Numbered from the stretch's first letter, positions 40,351 through 56,098 are shown. The stretch is 64,000 nt of DNA from the human T2T-CHM13v2.0 reference genome, Homo sapiens (GCF_009914755.1 NC_060936.1), one strand, 5' to 3'. Notes: generated from the letters alone by a model not told the origin. Program-made: numbers and translations.

Positions 40351-41094
40351 TAAATATATATTTATTTATTTATACTGTGAAGGGAAGGAGGCATTAGAGA
40401 ATGGTTTAAAACTTGCATTCTTCTGTAATTTTTGTGCCTTATACAATGGTAATGTGCTTACATATTATTTATATTATTTAAAAAAAAGTGTTTTTTTAAA
40501 AACTGTAAATTGTGGTAAAGAAAGCAGATAGAGCCTTGTAGAGATTACTCTTGAAAAACCTGTATCAACAAAGACAATCAAATAAATTGAGTTATAGCTG
40601 AGGAAAATAGGGGTTCAGATTTATTATATTTTTTAAGATGAAGGACACTGTGTATATGTTAATTGGGAATGATTTTCTGGGTAGAAATATCATATTTCTT
40701 CAATTTTAAAATACAGGGGTTTTTTTCACATTTTAGTGATTCTGAATTTGGAATATGTTTCATAATCCATTAAATGAAGTGTAGAGGATTGGCATTAGCT
40801 TCTACAAGTCATCTTGAGGCAATATTCACCAAAATCCTTTTTAGATTAAATTTTCCACTTGAGGTCTTTGAAGCTCACTTGTGTTCAATTCTTGGGCTAT
40901 TTCCCCCCTCCTCTTTTCATTCTGTGTCAAGGTTAAAATTGGCACATTCCATTGCTTTCCCTTTCTGCCTAGTAGGCTTTTGTCCTCACACATCCTTACA
41001 TTGAAGATGAAGGCCTTTGATGTTCAAGTATTTGGGAATTTTTTATTAGCTTTCCTGTCTTCAAGCATATATTTTTTATCTCTGTGAAATGCAG

Positions 41095-41838
41095 ATAAAG
41101 GCTATTATAAAAGTGGTAACAAAAAACAAATTAAGAAATGTTGATGAGGATGTAAAAAAAACAATCAAAACTCTTCTGCATTGCTGGTGAGTAGGTAAAA
41201 TGCTGCAGTCTCTATGGAAAATGATATAGTAGGTCTTCAAAAAAATTAAACATAGAATTACTCTGTGATACAGCAATTCCACTACTAGGTATGCATTTAA
41301 AAGAATTGAAGGCACACCCATGTTTATAGCACCATTATTCACGGTAGTCAGAAGGTAGAATATTCCCAAGTGTCAATCAACAGGTGACTGGATAAACAAA
41401 ATGTGGTACATACATGTGACAGAGTATAATCAGCCCTAAAAAGGAAGGACATGCTGACATATGCTATAGCACAGGTGGGACTTAATGACATTATGCTAAG
41501 TGAAATCACCCAGTGATGAAGAAAACATAATGTATGATTCCACTTATCTGAGATACCTAAAGGTACCTCAAGATGTAACTCACGAGGTCTTATTTATAGA
41601 GACAGAAAGCAGAATGGTAGCGCTAGGGCAAGGGAGGTAGGAGTAGGGGAAAATGGGGAGTAATTGTTTAATGGGTATGTCATTTCTATTTGGGAGGATG
41701 AAAGAAGTTTTGGAGATGGACGATGATCATACAAAAATGTGAATGTTCTTGTTGTCACTGAACTACACACTTAAAAATGGTTTACATAGCAAATTCTGTG
41801 TTTTGTATATTTTACCAGGATTAAAGAAAATAAAATAA
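41095..41838 (+). mobile_element. L1MB 3' end
   Basis: aaattaaacatagaattact, cagcaattccactactagg, cactgaactacacacttaaaaatggtt. Confidence 0.88.
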
Positions 41839-44610
41839 ATGTACATAAAGTAATGGCACAACCTATATTTAATGGCAGCTTAGATTTAAAGGAATGTTAA
41901 AAGCTCCAAAGAGAGAAGGAAACACAATACTTGAGAAGCAAGATTCAGCTCAGAAGTGCAGGGCTGGCCTTCAACAGGAGGAAGAAAAGGTCCATCAGCA
42001 GCAGGGAGAGACAAAAGGTGGCAGGGGCAGGTATGTTCACAGATGGATTAATATGAAAATGAGGGAGTTTCCTTCTCAATGCCATCTTACTTCTAAACAA
42101 CGTATGAAGTGAGGTCATCAGGTGAGAGGGAAGTGTAGGCACGGAGGTGTGTGACATGTGAGAAGAGACCCTAGAAGTAGTAGTTATCCCAAAGAATGGG
42201 AAGTTAGCCCCACAGAAAAACATAAATACGCTTGTCAGTAGTACTGAGTCCCCACTTGAGAACATAAAGTACAATCAGTCTGAATAATTGTGTTAGTTAT
42301 TCCAGCAAAGTTCACCTGTCTGTGTGCAAATAAGAGGAAACACAATTAGGTTGCTTCAGGATCAAGGTTGTGCAAGTTTAGAACAATGGCAAGAAGGAAG
42401 CAAGTGAGGAAATTGGGGATCATTTACATATATATATTTAAATGATTGACTATTGATTTCTCCATTTTGAAATGGGGATAATAGATCTTACCTCATACAG
42501 TTGGGTGAGTTGAATGTAAAGCATGTACAACTCTTTAAACAGTGTGTCTGGTAAAGTATTTAATACACATCAAATATTGTTACTGTCATATTACCATGGG
42601 TTATGAAATATATGCTAGACAATGAAGAAAGTGAAGACAGGTGAAAGCTGATGAATAATAAGAAAGCAGTCAGTCAGCAGATTAGACGTTTGGTGAGAAC
42701 AGCAATAAAAATAATTATATTGAGGACTTTTGAACAAACAAGCCAGTTAAAAGTTTGAATGCCTGGAGAGCTTGACAAGAGATTGGTAGGAGGCAAAGGA
42801 GTGGGTAATTAGGGAGGCAAAGGAGTGGATAATATAACCTGATAGCATAGGCTTCAAACGAGCAAGGGTTTGCAAAAGCAACAGGTTGTTACACTTGGAA
42901 ACTGTCAGTGTGGGCCAGGAGGAAGTTCACTTCCCCTCCTGGCCCTGAGGAACATGGTATAAAAGAGAAAAGAAAAACAACTTTGATTCTATTTGAAGAG
43001 AAGTAGCTTCCTCAGGGGACAGCTCAATTTCAGTAAAAACACAGACATGAAGGGAACAATCAGAGAAAAGAGTAATAATTTAAAGATGTTCACTGATTAC
43101 AGACTTAGAGCTCAAAAGGATGGAGAGATAAAGTCTTAAGAAAGATACTTTTCCTTTTCTTTATGACAGATTGAGTCAGATCAGAAGAGATGCATCAAGT
43201 ATGGGAAGAGATGGACTCAAAGGCAAACACCTCTTGTTTTAACTATTATAAATGGGAATGTGGCTGAGGTGCTTATTTTGATCTTTTAACAGGGTGAAGC
43301 TCTCAGACCTGATTGAAATACTGGGGAGACTGAGGGCTCCTTAATGTTAGGGTAAACAGCAATTTAATGATGAACTATTCTGTGCTATGTGTTTTCTGCC
43401 TATTGCGTTATTTTAACTCCACATATATTTATTCCTGGTATCCGTGAATAGATTGCAGTCTTCCTCAGAAAAATTATTTTCTTTTAAGGTTATCATACTT
43501 CACTAAGTAATTTAGAGTATCATGTAAAGAGTACATACTCAATTTTTTTTCTTAAATTGAATTTTTTATTACTTGAGTCATAGAAGAGATTATATTATCA
43601 GTTTTAAATTTATACTTAGCTGTGTGTGTATAAAGAATAATTTTAGAAAAAGAACCTAATATTCTCCGTTCTTAATCTTGGTATGATAATATTTTATATT
43701 CAGGAAGGAATATGGGATAGAAGAAAATCCCCATAACCAGACCATAAAATTAAGTTGAAATGAAATATAAAAGATATTGTAGTATCTGCCTTGTATAGTT
43801 GTCTCTTTTTTTCTGGGCTTTTTTTTAAAATATTTTACACAGTTTGAGCAAGTCCAAGGCTACTTGAAGATTGTTTTCTTTAAAACCTAATCATTCTTTT
43901 AGCAATTAAAGTACCGAAAACAATTTTGTACAAACGTATTTGCCACTAGATTGTCCACAAATCAAACACATTCTTGAAGGTGAAAACAAATATTAGGGGA
44001 AAAGAGTACGTAAATATGGGGAAAACATCTGCTTCATCATAGGAATTGAATCTGATATCAGGCTCTGCAATAGCTTATTTATGATAATATCCTGAATCAC
44101 ATTTTGTCACAACTTTAGTCCCTGGGTTACTTCTGATTCAAACCTTTGGAACTCTATCATCTTAGCCCCTCCTGCATAAGGAACACAAGCATTCAATGAG
44201 CATAGTGCCAGAAATTGAAAGTAAAATTAGTAAAATTCTTCTTAATACAAATACTCCTAGGATGAGTTAACTATTATATATCAGAGTACTCTCTCCCCTT
44301 AGATGTATCATTAAACAATATAAATATTAATAAAGGCCTTTACAAATGCCTTTGATCACATTATAAGCCTTATCTGAAAATTTGGAGTAATTTTGATATT
44401 TGTAATTTTTTTTTCTTTAATATTAAAAGAGAGTATATCAAAGTGTTACGATTGAAGTATTATGTTTTCCTTTCTCAAAATAACTTGAATAAAATATCCA
44501 ACAATCCTAATTACTGCCTTCATTTTTATAAACACTCCATTGTTGACTGCTTGCAAAATTTTTCATTAAATGCAACATATATCTTTAATGTGTATTAAAT
44601 AGTATTATTT

Positions 44611-45078
44611 TATGAAAGAAAAATAAATCCTGGGGCCCCAAAATCACTGAGCTAAAGGGAAATGTCAAGCTGGGAACTGCTTAGGGCAAATCTGCCTGCC
44701 ATTCTATTCAGCCACCCCTCCGCTCACTGAGATAAATGCATATCTGATTGCCTCATTTGGAGAGGCTAATCAGAAACTCAAAAGAATGCAACCATGTCTC
44801 TTATCTACCTATGACCTGGAAGCCCCTCCCCACTTTGAGTTGTTCTGCCTTTGCCTCCAGTTGTCCCACCTTTCCAGACTGAACCAGTGTGCATCTTACA
44901 CATATTGATTGATGGCTCATGTCTCCCTAAAATGTATAAAACCAAGCTGTGACCATACCACCTTGGGCACATGTCGTCAGGACTTCCTGAGGCTGGGTCA
45001 TGGGCATGCATCCTCAACCTTGGCAAAAATAAACTGTCTAAATTAACTGACACCTGTCTCAGATTTTCAAGGTTTATA
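44611..45078 (+). mobile_element. MER4A1-like ERV1 solo LTR, full length
   Basis: aaataaatcctggggccccaaaatcactgagctaaaggg... TSD ATTT at 44607-44610 and 45079-45082. Confidence 0.9.
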
Positions 45079-45929
45079 ATTTGACAGAACAGTTATATTT
45101 GTATTATTGGAACTGCAATGAGAAAAGTATTAATATCAACTACCAGATATTTTATCTTTAAATTGATAAGAAAAATAATTTGAAAATAATTAATTTACAG
45201 CTTTCAAAAAAGTTTTCTTAGCCCATAGATTAGCAAATTCATTAGCAAAGTCATTGATATTTTAAGTCAAATTATAGTAAACTTTATTGTATCTGTACCT
45301 TTCACAGATACAATAATTTGAGAAAATGAACTATATAACTTCATCCTTTTTAAGTCTTATAAAATTATTATACATGAGGACTTTAAGGTTCCAGTAAAAT
45401 AGGTAGTTTATATTATGTGACTTCTAGATAAATAAATACCATAAAACCCTCAAATTTTCTGCTAGAAATAATAAAAATAAATACTTTTCCAAGCTCTCAA
45501 TTTTACTACCTCTTAGAACTCAAAATATATCTTAAAACTTAGTGAAAAATGGCTATAAACTTTCCTTGATTTTGTGATTTTGATTTGAAAGTACCTTAAT
45601 GAAGTGGCATAAGCATTTGATTTTCCCTATTTTACTTAGTGAACATTTCAATGGATTTTTTAAACTGCTGAATAGCTCTGAAAGAACTAAGGTTCTTTAT
45701 TTTCAAAAGCAAAATGCTCTTCCCTCACTTTAATAGACACTCATACAATTAAAAAGCAAGCACAGCCATCTAGATGAGCAATCAGCAGCAAAGGGAAAAG
45801 TTATTACAAAATTGCTAATTATCAAAATAGGCAATTATAGTTTAGACTGACTTTCTGAAAGCACTGCTAACATATTATGTGTAAGACTAAATGGTAAACG
45901 ACTTGGGGATATTAAAAAAGAAAATGCTT

Positions 45930-46130
45930 GTTACTTTACTTTCAATAAAGCACTCACATGTAGACTAACTCATTCGAACCTCATCTTTATGAGACAGATA
46001 TTGTTGTTCCCATTTTACAGTTGAGAAAACTGTAGAGGAGAGTTGTAGTAGCTTTTGCAAAGCCACAGGGTTGGTAGGTGGTAGAGCTCAGATCATCAGC
46101 CAAGTTTTTCCAACTCCTGATATCCTTGTA
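45930..46130 (-). mobile_element. MIR
   Basis: cccattttacagttgagaaaactg...gtaggtggtagagct. Confidence 0.75.
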
Positions 46131-46679
46131 TCTTTGTGATCACACGGAGCTCCTGTCTGTGTAGACACATGGAGCACTGTGATAAACAGAGCCAAACCAA
46201 AAATCAGAGCATTAGAATTTCATTGCAAAAGTGTTGGATGTGTGAGGCTATTGGCGCTCTGTCTGTGCTACACTGTAGTTCTTCTGCAGGCCTGTCAACA
46301 AGAATGTTATCTGAAGTCAGCAGTTCAAGCGCTGCACAGAGCCAGGGAAAGAATATCTGCTTTATATCAACATGCTCGCTTCCGAGACTTTCTGTTTGAC
46401 AGTATTTACTCGAAAGTGACCTCTGCCAGAAATATAACAGGCCTCATTCAATGATAGGAGACTCCACATCTAACATGGTTCTTCCACTCATCTCAAGGAA
46501 AGTTATAGCAGTGGTCTTGGAGCAGGAAGACTATCACCTCAGCTCTTTCCAATAAAACGAACCTCGTACTCATGTACATTTTCTTGTTTATCTGTTTATT
46601 TACTTATCTATAAATGTTTCTTATAATGTTAAAAAATAAATTGGGCATAATTCTTTCTCTTAATAAAAATCAACATCTC

Positions 46680-47100
46680 TCTTAGTATATATAGCTGCAT
46701 AACACATCCCCCCAAATCTTAGGGCTAAAATAATCACTACTAGCATTCTATCCTATCTCACCATTTTGGACAGGAATTTGGTCTGGCTGAGTAATTTGGT
46801 GCCATATGATATCAACTAGGGATTCATTTCCAATTAATATCTGTTCTGGTCTGCAGGGTGCTTAATGCTTAAGGCTTTACTCAAATGCCTGGCACCTTGC
46901 TGAAAAGAAGTAGAAGACTGGGCTCAGCTGGGCTCTTCCTTCTTTTCACGTGGTCTCACAGTCTCTACACCTGCACTCTCCAACCAGGGAGTCAAACTTC
47001 TTACAAAGAAATTAAAGGCTCCAAAATGGAACGTTCCAAAAGCTCCAAGTCTGAACTGCAAGCCTTGTCTTATCATCTTTGCAATATTCTCACAATCGTA
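46680..47100 (-). mobile_element. MLT1H-like MaLR LTR
   Basis: gctgcataaca..cccaaatcttag; tcaaatgcctggcacctt; gactgggctcagctggg; aaacttcttaca. Confidence 0.7.
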
Positions 47101-47267
47101 ATTAATGATTATTAATTCATTTTTTAATGTCTGTTGTGCTATATTGTAAGGTCCATAAAAAAACAAGACAATGTTTGCAGTCATTCTGCTGAGCCCATGT
47201 GTTTATCAGAGTGTCTTGGACACAGCAATAAATATTTGATGAATGAATTAAAGAATAAATGAATTAA

Positions 47268-48250
<983 letters not shown>

Positions 48251-48739
48251 ATAGGGGTTGATTAAAGGTGGGTTTTAATGTTACACTGTCCAAGTCAAGT
48301 GCAGACCCTAGATATTTTATTTTCCATACCCTGAAAAGCACTCTGCATCAAGTACCCAACCCATTGATTCCGGCAGCTTTGGAGTAACCTTAATCATTGA
48401 AAATGTAGTAGATAGCCCTTATGGGACAAGTAAAAGTGGTGTGGCAAAGTTTCAAGGTGTAGGAATGTGTCTATCTGCTTGATATTCCCTGAGGTAGCTT
48501 TCAGTAGAAGACCCACCATCCATATAGAAGACATGAAAAGCCAACTGTTCAAATGACTTATTCTGGTCCATAATTAGTAACAGGATACTATGTGGTTCTG
48601 TATATACTTCCTTACCATGATCTGACAAATATAGGCCCTTAATGTTATTTTATAACCCCTGATTAACACCTGTTTTAGCAATATTTTATTAGACTACCTA
48701 CCAAAATTCTGTTGACAAAATCCACCAGAAGCTCTGGCT

Positions 48740-50660
48740 GACTCTCAATAAATATAAGGACAAATTCTAGCATAACATAAAAGAACTGATGAAAATTTGA
48801 GCTGCCTTCCTAAAATAGAGTTTACAATTTGCATCCAACCAAGTTTAAATTGCCTACTATAACAAACAAAAAAAAAATCAGTTCTCTTTAGAAAAATATA
48901 ACAGAATCTACAACATAATATCCAGACTGCAATCTTAAATTAGCCATCATGCAAAGAACCAGGAAAATCTGACTCATTCTCAAGAGAAAAGACAATCACC
49001 AGATATCTACCCTGAAATAATCCAGATGTTTTCTTGAGTATACAAGGATTTTCAAAGAAGGTATTATAACTATGCTTGATCAGGCAAAATTAAATTTTCT
49101 CAGAATAAATGAAAAGGTAAGAAATCTCAGCAGAAAAAAAATAGAAACTATAAAAGATAGTTAAAAATACTAAAAGAAAAACCAATAAAAATTCATTGGA
49201 TGGGCGTTTTGAGGTGTCAGGGGAAGAAGTCCATGGGCATAAAAATTGATGAATATAAGTGATCCAATACAAAGAACAGAGAAAAATGTTGAAAAAAAAT
49301 AAATGAACACACAAGGGATATGAGAAATAATGCTAAAAGATCCAACATACATTTAGTTGAAATATTGAGAGGAGAAGAAAATATGAGACAAATAAATAAT
49401 TGAGAAAATAATGGCCTAAAATTTTTCAAAATTGATGTAACATGTTAATTTATAAATGCAAGAAGCTAGTGTAGTGTAAACAGGATAAATACAAAGAAAG
49501 CCATACCTTCTTATCTCATAGTAAAACTGCTGATTAACAAAGGTATAGAGAAAATTTTGAAAGCACCCAGAGAAAATCATCACATTACATATAGGAGTGC
49601 AACAATTTGAATAACCACTGATTTCTCATCAGAAACGATAGAACTATAGAGACCAAGAAATAGTAAATTATGTTTAAAGTGCTGAAAGAAAAAAAAAACA
49701 CACAAAACAAAATTTTGACCCAGAAATCTATATCCAGCAAAATATCCTTTTAAAACTGTATGATTTTGCTCAGGCTGCCATAACAAATTAGTACAGACCA
49801 GGTGGCTCAAGTTACAGAAATTTATCTTTCACAGTCCTGTAGACCGAAAGTCCAAGGTTAAGGTGTCATTAGGTTTGGTGTCTGGTGAGAGCTCTCCTCT
49901 TGGGTTGTAGATGGCTGCCTTCTTGCTGTGTGCTAGTATGGCCTTTCCCTGATGTATGCAGTTGGAGAGAGACAAAGAGAGACAGCGACAGAGACAGAGA
50001 GAGAGAGAGAGGTCTGTGTTGTTTCTTCTTGTAAGGACATTAACTCTATTGGATCAGGGCCTTACTCTTATGACCTCATTAACATTAGTTACTTCCTTAT
50101 TCCAAATACAGCCTCACTAGGGGTCAGAGCATCAACATTTGAATTTGGGTGTGTGTTGGGGGCTTGAGAGGGGCAGGGGAACATATGCATTCAGTCCAAA
50201 ACAAGAATAAAGGCGACCCGAAGACAATTTAGATACAAAAAAACTTGGAGAATTCATCACCAGTAGATTTACACTGTAAGAAAGGCCTGAAGGAAGTTGC
50301 TTAAGTGAGAAGAATATGAGACTAAAGGGAAATCTGGATCTTCATGGAAGACAAAAGAGTATCAGAAATAACAAATATTTGAGAAAACATAATTTTTTTC
50401 TCCCAATTTTTTAAAAATATGCAGGAATGTTGAAAGCAAAAAGAATGTAACTTTGTTTTGTGGGATTTATAATGTGTGCACAGGAAATACATAAGACAAC
50501 TATAACATAAAGGATGGAGGGCAATATAAATGGAGCTATGTGGTTGCAAGGTTCTTATATTTTAATATTTAATATTTAAGAGTTTAATACTAACTCTATG
50601 TAGGCTATGAAACGTTAAAGATATATTTGTAATCAACATAGTAATCACCAACAACAGGCC
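48740..50660 (+). mobile_element. Old L1M 5'/ORF1 remnant, interrupted by MLT1A1
   Basis: aagaaccaggaaaatctgactcattctcaagagaaaagacaatc; gatttctcatcagaaac; cccagaaatctatatccagcaaaatatcctt. Confidence 0.8.
49758..50203 (-). mobile_element. MLT1A1-like MaLR solo LTR
   Basis: ggctgccataacaaa...ggatcagggcc..cttatgacctcatt...cattcagtccaaaaca. Confidence 0.85.
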
Positions 50661-51289
50661 TATAACTGAAAAGGTACCAAAGCTATCTTGAAGGTATTCC
50701 CACTGAATGAATTAGGACCACTTTTGTCATAAAAGTCACAAGTTGTGGTGACATACTTATTGAATAAGCCCCAATGTCATCAATAACAGAAAATGGATCT
50801 AAACTTTGCCACATCTGTCACCCAAGTTTGTGGATGAATTACTGTGCTGTTCAGTCTGTAATATTCTATAATCTCTTTCTTCCCGAGGAAAAAGGTGTCT
50901 ATTGCTTGGACCTAAGAGCCTATTGCCTGACTCATTTATTAGCTCCTATAATTCCTTCAAGATGTTAGTTGCTTCAATCATTCTGCAAATATTTATTGAG
51001 CTACCACTATGTGCCTTGCCCTATTGCCATGTTATGATGCAGAAAGGAGGCCCTTTCAGCAAGCAGTGCTGAAAAACAATTTCATGGTCAATAAAAGTAT
51101 CATCCCTGGCCTTGTGGAATGCACATAAGAATTAAAATCTTAACCTTCTTAAAGCTTTCAGGTCTCAGAGACAAACCATCATAATGGTATAGAGGTTGGG
51201 GGACACTATGATGAGCAATTATGAGCCAGGGGTTGTCTTCATAGTAACATCATTACATCCTTCACAGCCTAAAAAAATCTCTCCCATTT

Positions 51290-51590
<301 letters not shown>

Positions 51591-51739
51591 AACTCTCTCA
51601 TTTAATTCCACTCCTAACACACAGTTTTAGAGCCAAGAAAAATAACATGCACACTCACCTTGTCTAAAGAGGATTCCTAATTTTAAACCAAACTGAGACA
51701 ATTAAATTTTTATTAAAGTAACGTTTTGTTCAAAAAAAT

Positions 51740-52460
51740 TCCTGTGGCATATTTTTTATTAAATGTCCACCAGATAGCTGGCACTAATCTAGACCCTGGA
51801 AATCCAACTGAAAGCAAAACACATAGTTTTTGCCCACAGAGCTTATATACTAGTAAGGGGAGATAAATTATAAGCCAGCAAATAAATAAAAACATATGTC
51901 CTGTATTACAGTGCGTTAAGAGATAACACCAAGTAATGTCTTCTTAAAAAAAAAAAAAAAGCAATGCAAGGATTATGTGAGATTACATGGTCATCTCCAG
52001 CAAACACTTCTATAAGGCATAATTAGCCTCATAGGAGTGGCAGGTGTTTGTGAGCACTTTACATGCATACTTGACCTAGGACATGAACTACGTAAGGGAG
52101 CAAGTCAAGGCAAGGTTTTGGAGAAAAGATTCCAAGCTCACGGAGGATCAAGGGCCGAGGCAGGAAGGAGCTTGCATTTACACAACTGAAAGGGAGGGGG
52201 GCAGGGTCTGGATCTTGGAGGACCTCGTGGGTTTAGTGAAGACTTTGGAGTGCAGTAGGAAACAACCAGAGGATTTTAAGCAAAGGAGTGATATGATTGG
52301 ATTTACATTTTTTAAAAAGTCAGTCTGGGCACTTGGAGAGAATGAATTAAAGGGAAACAGGAGTGAAATCAGAGTGACAAATCAGAAGACTATTGCTTTG
52401 ATCCAGACAGCAGATGATGGCTGCTTGAAACAGGATAGTTGTGGTGGAATTTCAGGATGT
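51740..52460 (-). mobile_element. L2 fragments
   Basis: ttattaaatgtccacca..ctggcact; gaggattttaagcaaaggagtgatatgat; gatgatggctgcttgaaacagg. Confidence 0.65.
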
Positions 52461-53013
52461 CTGGGATCTCTTCCTCTTCTGAATTCCTGTAACATTTTGT
52501 TTATATCCCTTCTTTTGTACTATAATAATCCTGTACTCCCATTTTAGACTCTTTTGGTAGCAGAAACTAAACCTTGCTCACCTCTATTTTCTCCTGGTTT
52601 CTGAATACATTTTATGTAGCAGGTAGTTGATGATTATTTATGCAAAATAAACAAAATTATAGTATTCTCCTTTGATAATTGTATTGTTACATGAAAATGC
52701 ACATATTGTATTTGGATAACCAAAATTAAGAATAAAATATTTGTTATATGTTTTAAGGTTTAAATCATATGGGATTTTTTTTAGTTTGGCTTTATTTTTA
52801 TTCCCTTGCGTAATACTGCCAAGGATGAATTTTATATGTACTCCTGAGTTAAATCAGTACAAATAAAGCTTCAAGCAATTTTTAAGCGAATGAAAAATAT
52901 ATTTTTCACTGTCTCATATCTTAAAAATAACTGAGACAATTTAATTTACTCTTTCTAAAGTGAGGGCATTGGGAGAGGAATGGTAGTGAAGAGATGTGGA
53001 ACAAATAAAAAAA

Positions 53014-53095
53014 TAACAAACCTGTATGTCCTGCACATGTATCCCAAGACTTAAAATAAAATAAAATAAATTTTTAAAAATAATAAATAAATAAA
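53014..53095 (+). mobile_element. Extremely 5'-truncated L1PA 3' end
   Basis: aacaaacctgtatgtcctgcacatgtatcccaagacttaaaataaaa followed by an A-rich tail. Confidence 0.8.
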
Positions 53096-54339
53096 ACTTA
53101 TCTCATAAGACCAAGGCTAACATTTCAATTGCAAGCAAATATCTTGAATGTTGTAAACAAGTTAAGATGGAAATTGAAATGAAAATTCTTTTCACCTTTG
53201 AAGAAAAGCTTCTGCAGTTTAACATCAAAGGTCCTAAACTAAGATAAATCTTTTGGGTTTTGAAAGAATAATTCAAGAAAACACTGCTTGAGGAAGATCA
53301 TGAATACATCTGATACATCCTTAGCGAGAAAAGATTGTGGAAACATATTGTGGAAAGAGAAATATAAGAACATCAAAGGTTGAATCTAATGATCTATATT
53401 TGTGCACTGTTTTTTCCTCACTGATTATAACTTCTTATCCCATTCCCTATCCCTATCAACAAGCATCTCATCTGCAATAAGGTTATTCTGTCCTCTATGA
53501 TAAATATTACCCCAGCATATACATACACATATATCCAAAAAATAATCACATGGATTCCATAATATATAGAAACACTGATTTAAAAAATCAGAAATGAGGA
53601 ACTAATGAAAAGGTGGAATACAGAGGAAATATTCATCATATATTAAATCATCTCAAGAGCATCCTGTGGAAAAAAAATACATCATAAGGATATGAGCTAA
53701 CTGTTGGCCAAATGGAAGAAATAGGAAGGAAGTGCTTATTGGAGATTTATTTGGAGAAAACTGGTCAACAACCACTAAAACAAATGCTAAAGACATATTT
53801 CATGTTGTGTTATTACAGTGGTTTCCCATCTTTCATCAAAGTCACACTGTCATCCCTTATGATAACCTACTGTCTTATGTCCACTTTGAGAACTGGTGCT
53901 CAAAATTCAGCAAATTTCTCCTTGTAGAGTTAGTTATACCAAAACTCATCTCCTGCTTATTCTGCAGATATTGCTCAGCAAAACTTTCCTGACTAGTGGA
54001 AATTTACTTGTTACATGCTGTCTTGGAACTGAAATTTTTAGATCCACTACCATGATTATTTGTTAAAGCCTGTCTCATTCACCAAACTGGTGGGTTTGAC
54101 TGACATTGGTGTCTCAAAATGTAGTACTAGACACTTCATAATATTTGTCAAATGAATGAATGCAGTGCATTTATGCCTCGAATTTCTTAGCTCAATTTTT
54201 TGGCCGAAAGAACTGCCAGAGAGAAACAAGTTCTCTAGCAGTTGTAATTAATACTCTTTCTACCATACAGTTGCTTAAAAGGAGTTTTTTCAATAAATTG
54301 AGAAATTTTGACAAAATATATTTATGTTCATGTTAAATA

Positions 54340-55642
54340 TATTCAGAATCAGACTTCTATATTGGCATAATAGAGAGCTAATCTTTTTAAGTGCCCATGT
54401 AATATACTAAGACAGAGCAAATACTGGGCCATAAAATAATGAAAAATATTAAAAATTGAAACCATACAGAGTGTGTTCTCTGAACAAAATAGAATCAAAC
54501 TGGAAATCAATAACAGAAAGAAAATAGAGAAATCTTCAACCTCTTGGAAACTAAACAACACATTTCTGAATAATGCAAGAACCAAAGAGGAAGTCTCAAG
54601 GAAATCAAAAACACTTTCAACTCAAAACGGATTATGGACTTAAGTGTAAAATGTAAAACTATGAAACATTTATAAATAAGAGGAAAATCTTTGGAATCTA
54701 GGACTAGGCAAAGAATTATTAAACTTGACACCAAAAACATGATTTCTGACAGAAAAATTCATAAATTAGAGCTCATCAAAATTACATCCTTTTGCTCCAT
54801 GAAATACCCTGTTAAAAATATAAAAAAGAGAAGCTACAGGATTGGAGAAAATATATGCAGAACATATATATCAAAAATACTGTATCTAAAATATATATCT
54901 ATATATCCCATATTATATGTGGAATATAATTTATTCATATCATATATGGAATATTATATACATACCTCAAAATGCAACAGTAGAAAGACCATCCAATTAA
55001 TTACAAGACAAGCAAAGACAAGAAAAGACATTTCACCAAACAGTATACACAGGTGGAAAATTTGAACATACAAAGATGTTCAACATCATCAACCATTAGG
55101 GAAATGCAAATTAATACTACAATGAGATACCACTGTTCATCTATCAGAATGACTAAACAAAAAGTAGTGACAACACTAAATGCTGGTGGGGAAGCTGAGG
55201 AGCTGAGTTGCTTATAGTTGGCTGGTGGCTATTAACTGCTGCTCTGGAAAGCAATTTGGAGGTTTCTTTAAGGGAAAAAAAAATGAGTATTATATAACCT
55301 AGAAATTGCATTATGGGTATTTATCCGAGAGAAATGAAAACTTATTTTTATACAAAAACCTGTACACAAATGTTTATAGAAGCTTTATTTGTATAGCTCT
55401 TAACTGGAAACAACACAGCTATCATTCAATAGGTATATGGTTAACTGTAGTACATATCATGGAATATTACTAGGTAATAAAAAGGAACAAACTATTGATC
55501 CAGTCTACTACCTAGATTAATCTCCAGAGAATTATGCTAAGAAAAAAAAATCCAAAAGATTTTTATACTTTATAACTTCATTTATATATCATTATTGAAA
55601 CAATAAAATTAGAGACATGAAGAACAAATTAGTGATTGGCAA
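54340..55642 (+). mobile_element. L1MD-like ORF2/3' remnant (left part)
   Basis: ccattagggaaatgcaaatt, aaaaacctgtacacaaatgtttatagaagctttattt; continues at 59639. Confidence 0.8.
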
Positions 55643-55742
55643 TGATAAAATAAAAATGTAAGAATATTTAAATTTTAAAGAAATAGTGATCAAATAAACT
55701 CTTTAAAATTTAAATGTGCTTGAGTTTTTCTTTTGTTATATC

Positions 55743-55760
55743 TGGTGTCAGAAGTGAGAA
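55743..55760 (+). other. Retroviral primer-binding site, tRNA-Leu type
   Basis: TGGTGTCAGAAGTGAGAA, 2 nt after the LTR end, versus TGGTGTCAGAAGTGGGAT (complement of the tRNA-Leu(CAA) 3' end). Confidence 0.75.
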
Positions 55761-56052
55761 TCTGAAGGACACTACCCAATGAAGACATCTGGGAGCAACA
55801 AGCAGGCAGGTGTAGACCCCCTACTGACCTCATGCTCCCTGCTTCTTGCTGCACATTTGCAAGTCATCACTGGGAATCCCCATAGGATACAAGAGCCCCA
55901 CAACTTCTGTTGTTTCTCCAAGTTTACTTGAGCATTTTTTATTTCAACTGGGTTTGAAAGTTGCAACAGAAATAAGACTGGGTCCGGTAGGGAGGCTTCA
56001 GATTTCTGACTGTGTCAGACAGAAACTGAATTGGGTTTAATGAAAGACCTCT

Positions 56053-56055
<3 letters not shown>

Positions 56056-56095
<40 letters not shown>
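56056..56095 (+). repeat. Pure A40 homopolymer
   Basis: Direct count. Confidence 0.95.

Positions 56096-56098
<3 letters not shown>

Noticed and set aside
50811-50823. acatctgtcaccc matching part of 7SK RNA
   Set aside because: Only 13 nt; flanks do not match.
52083-52547. 154-aa ORF
   Set aside because: Lies on the antisense strand of degenerate L2 sequence.
55743-55760. tRNA gene
   Set aside because: Only the 18-nt complement of a tRNA 3' end, i.e. a retroviral primer-binding site.
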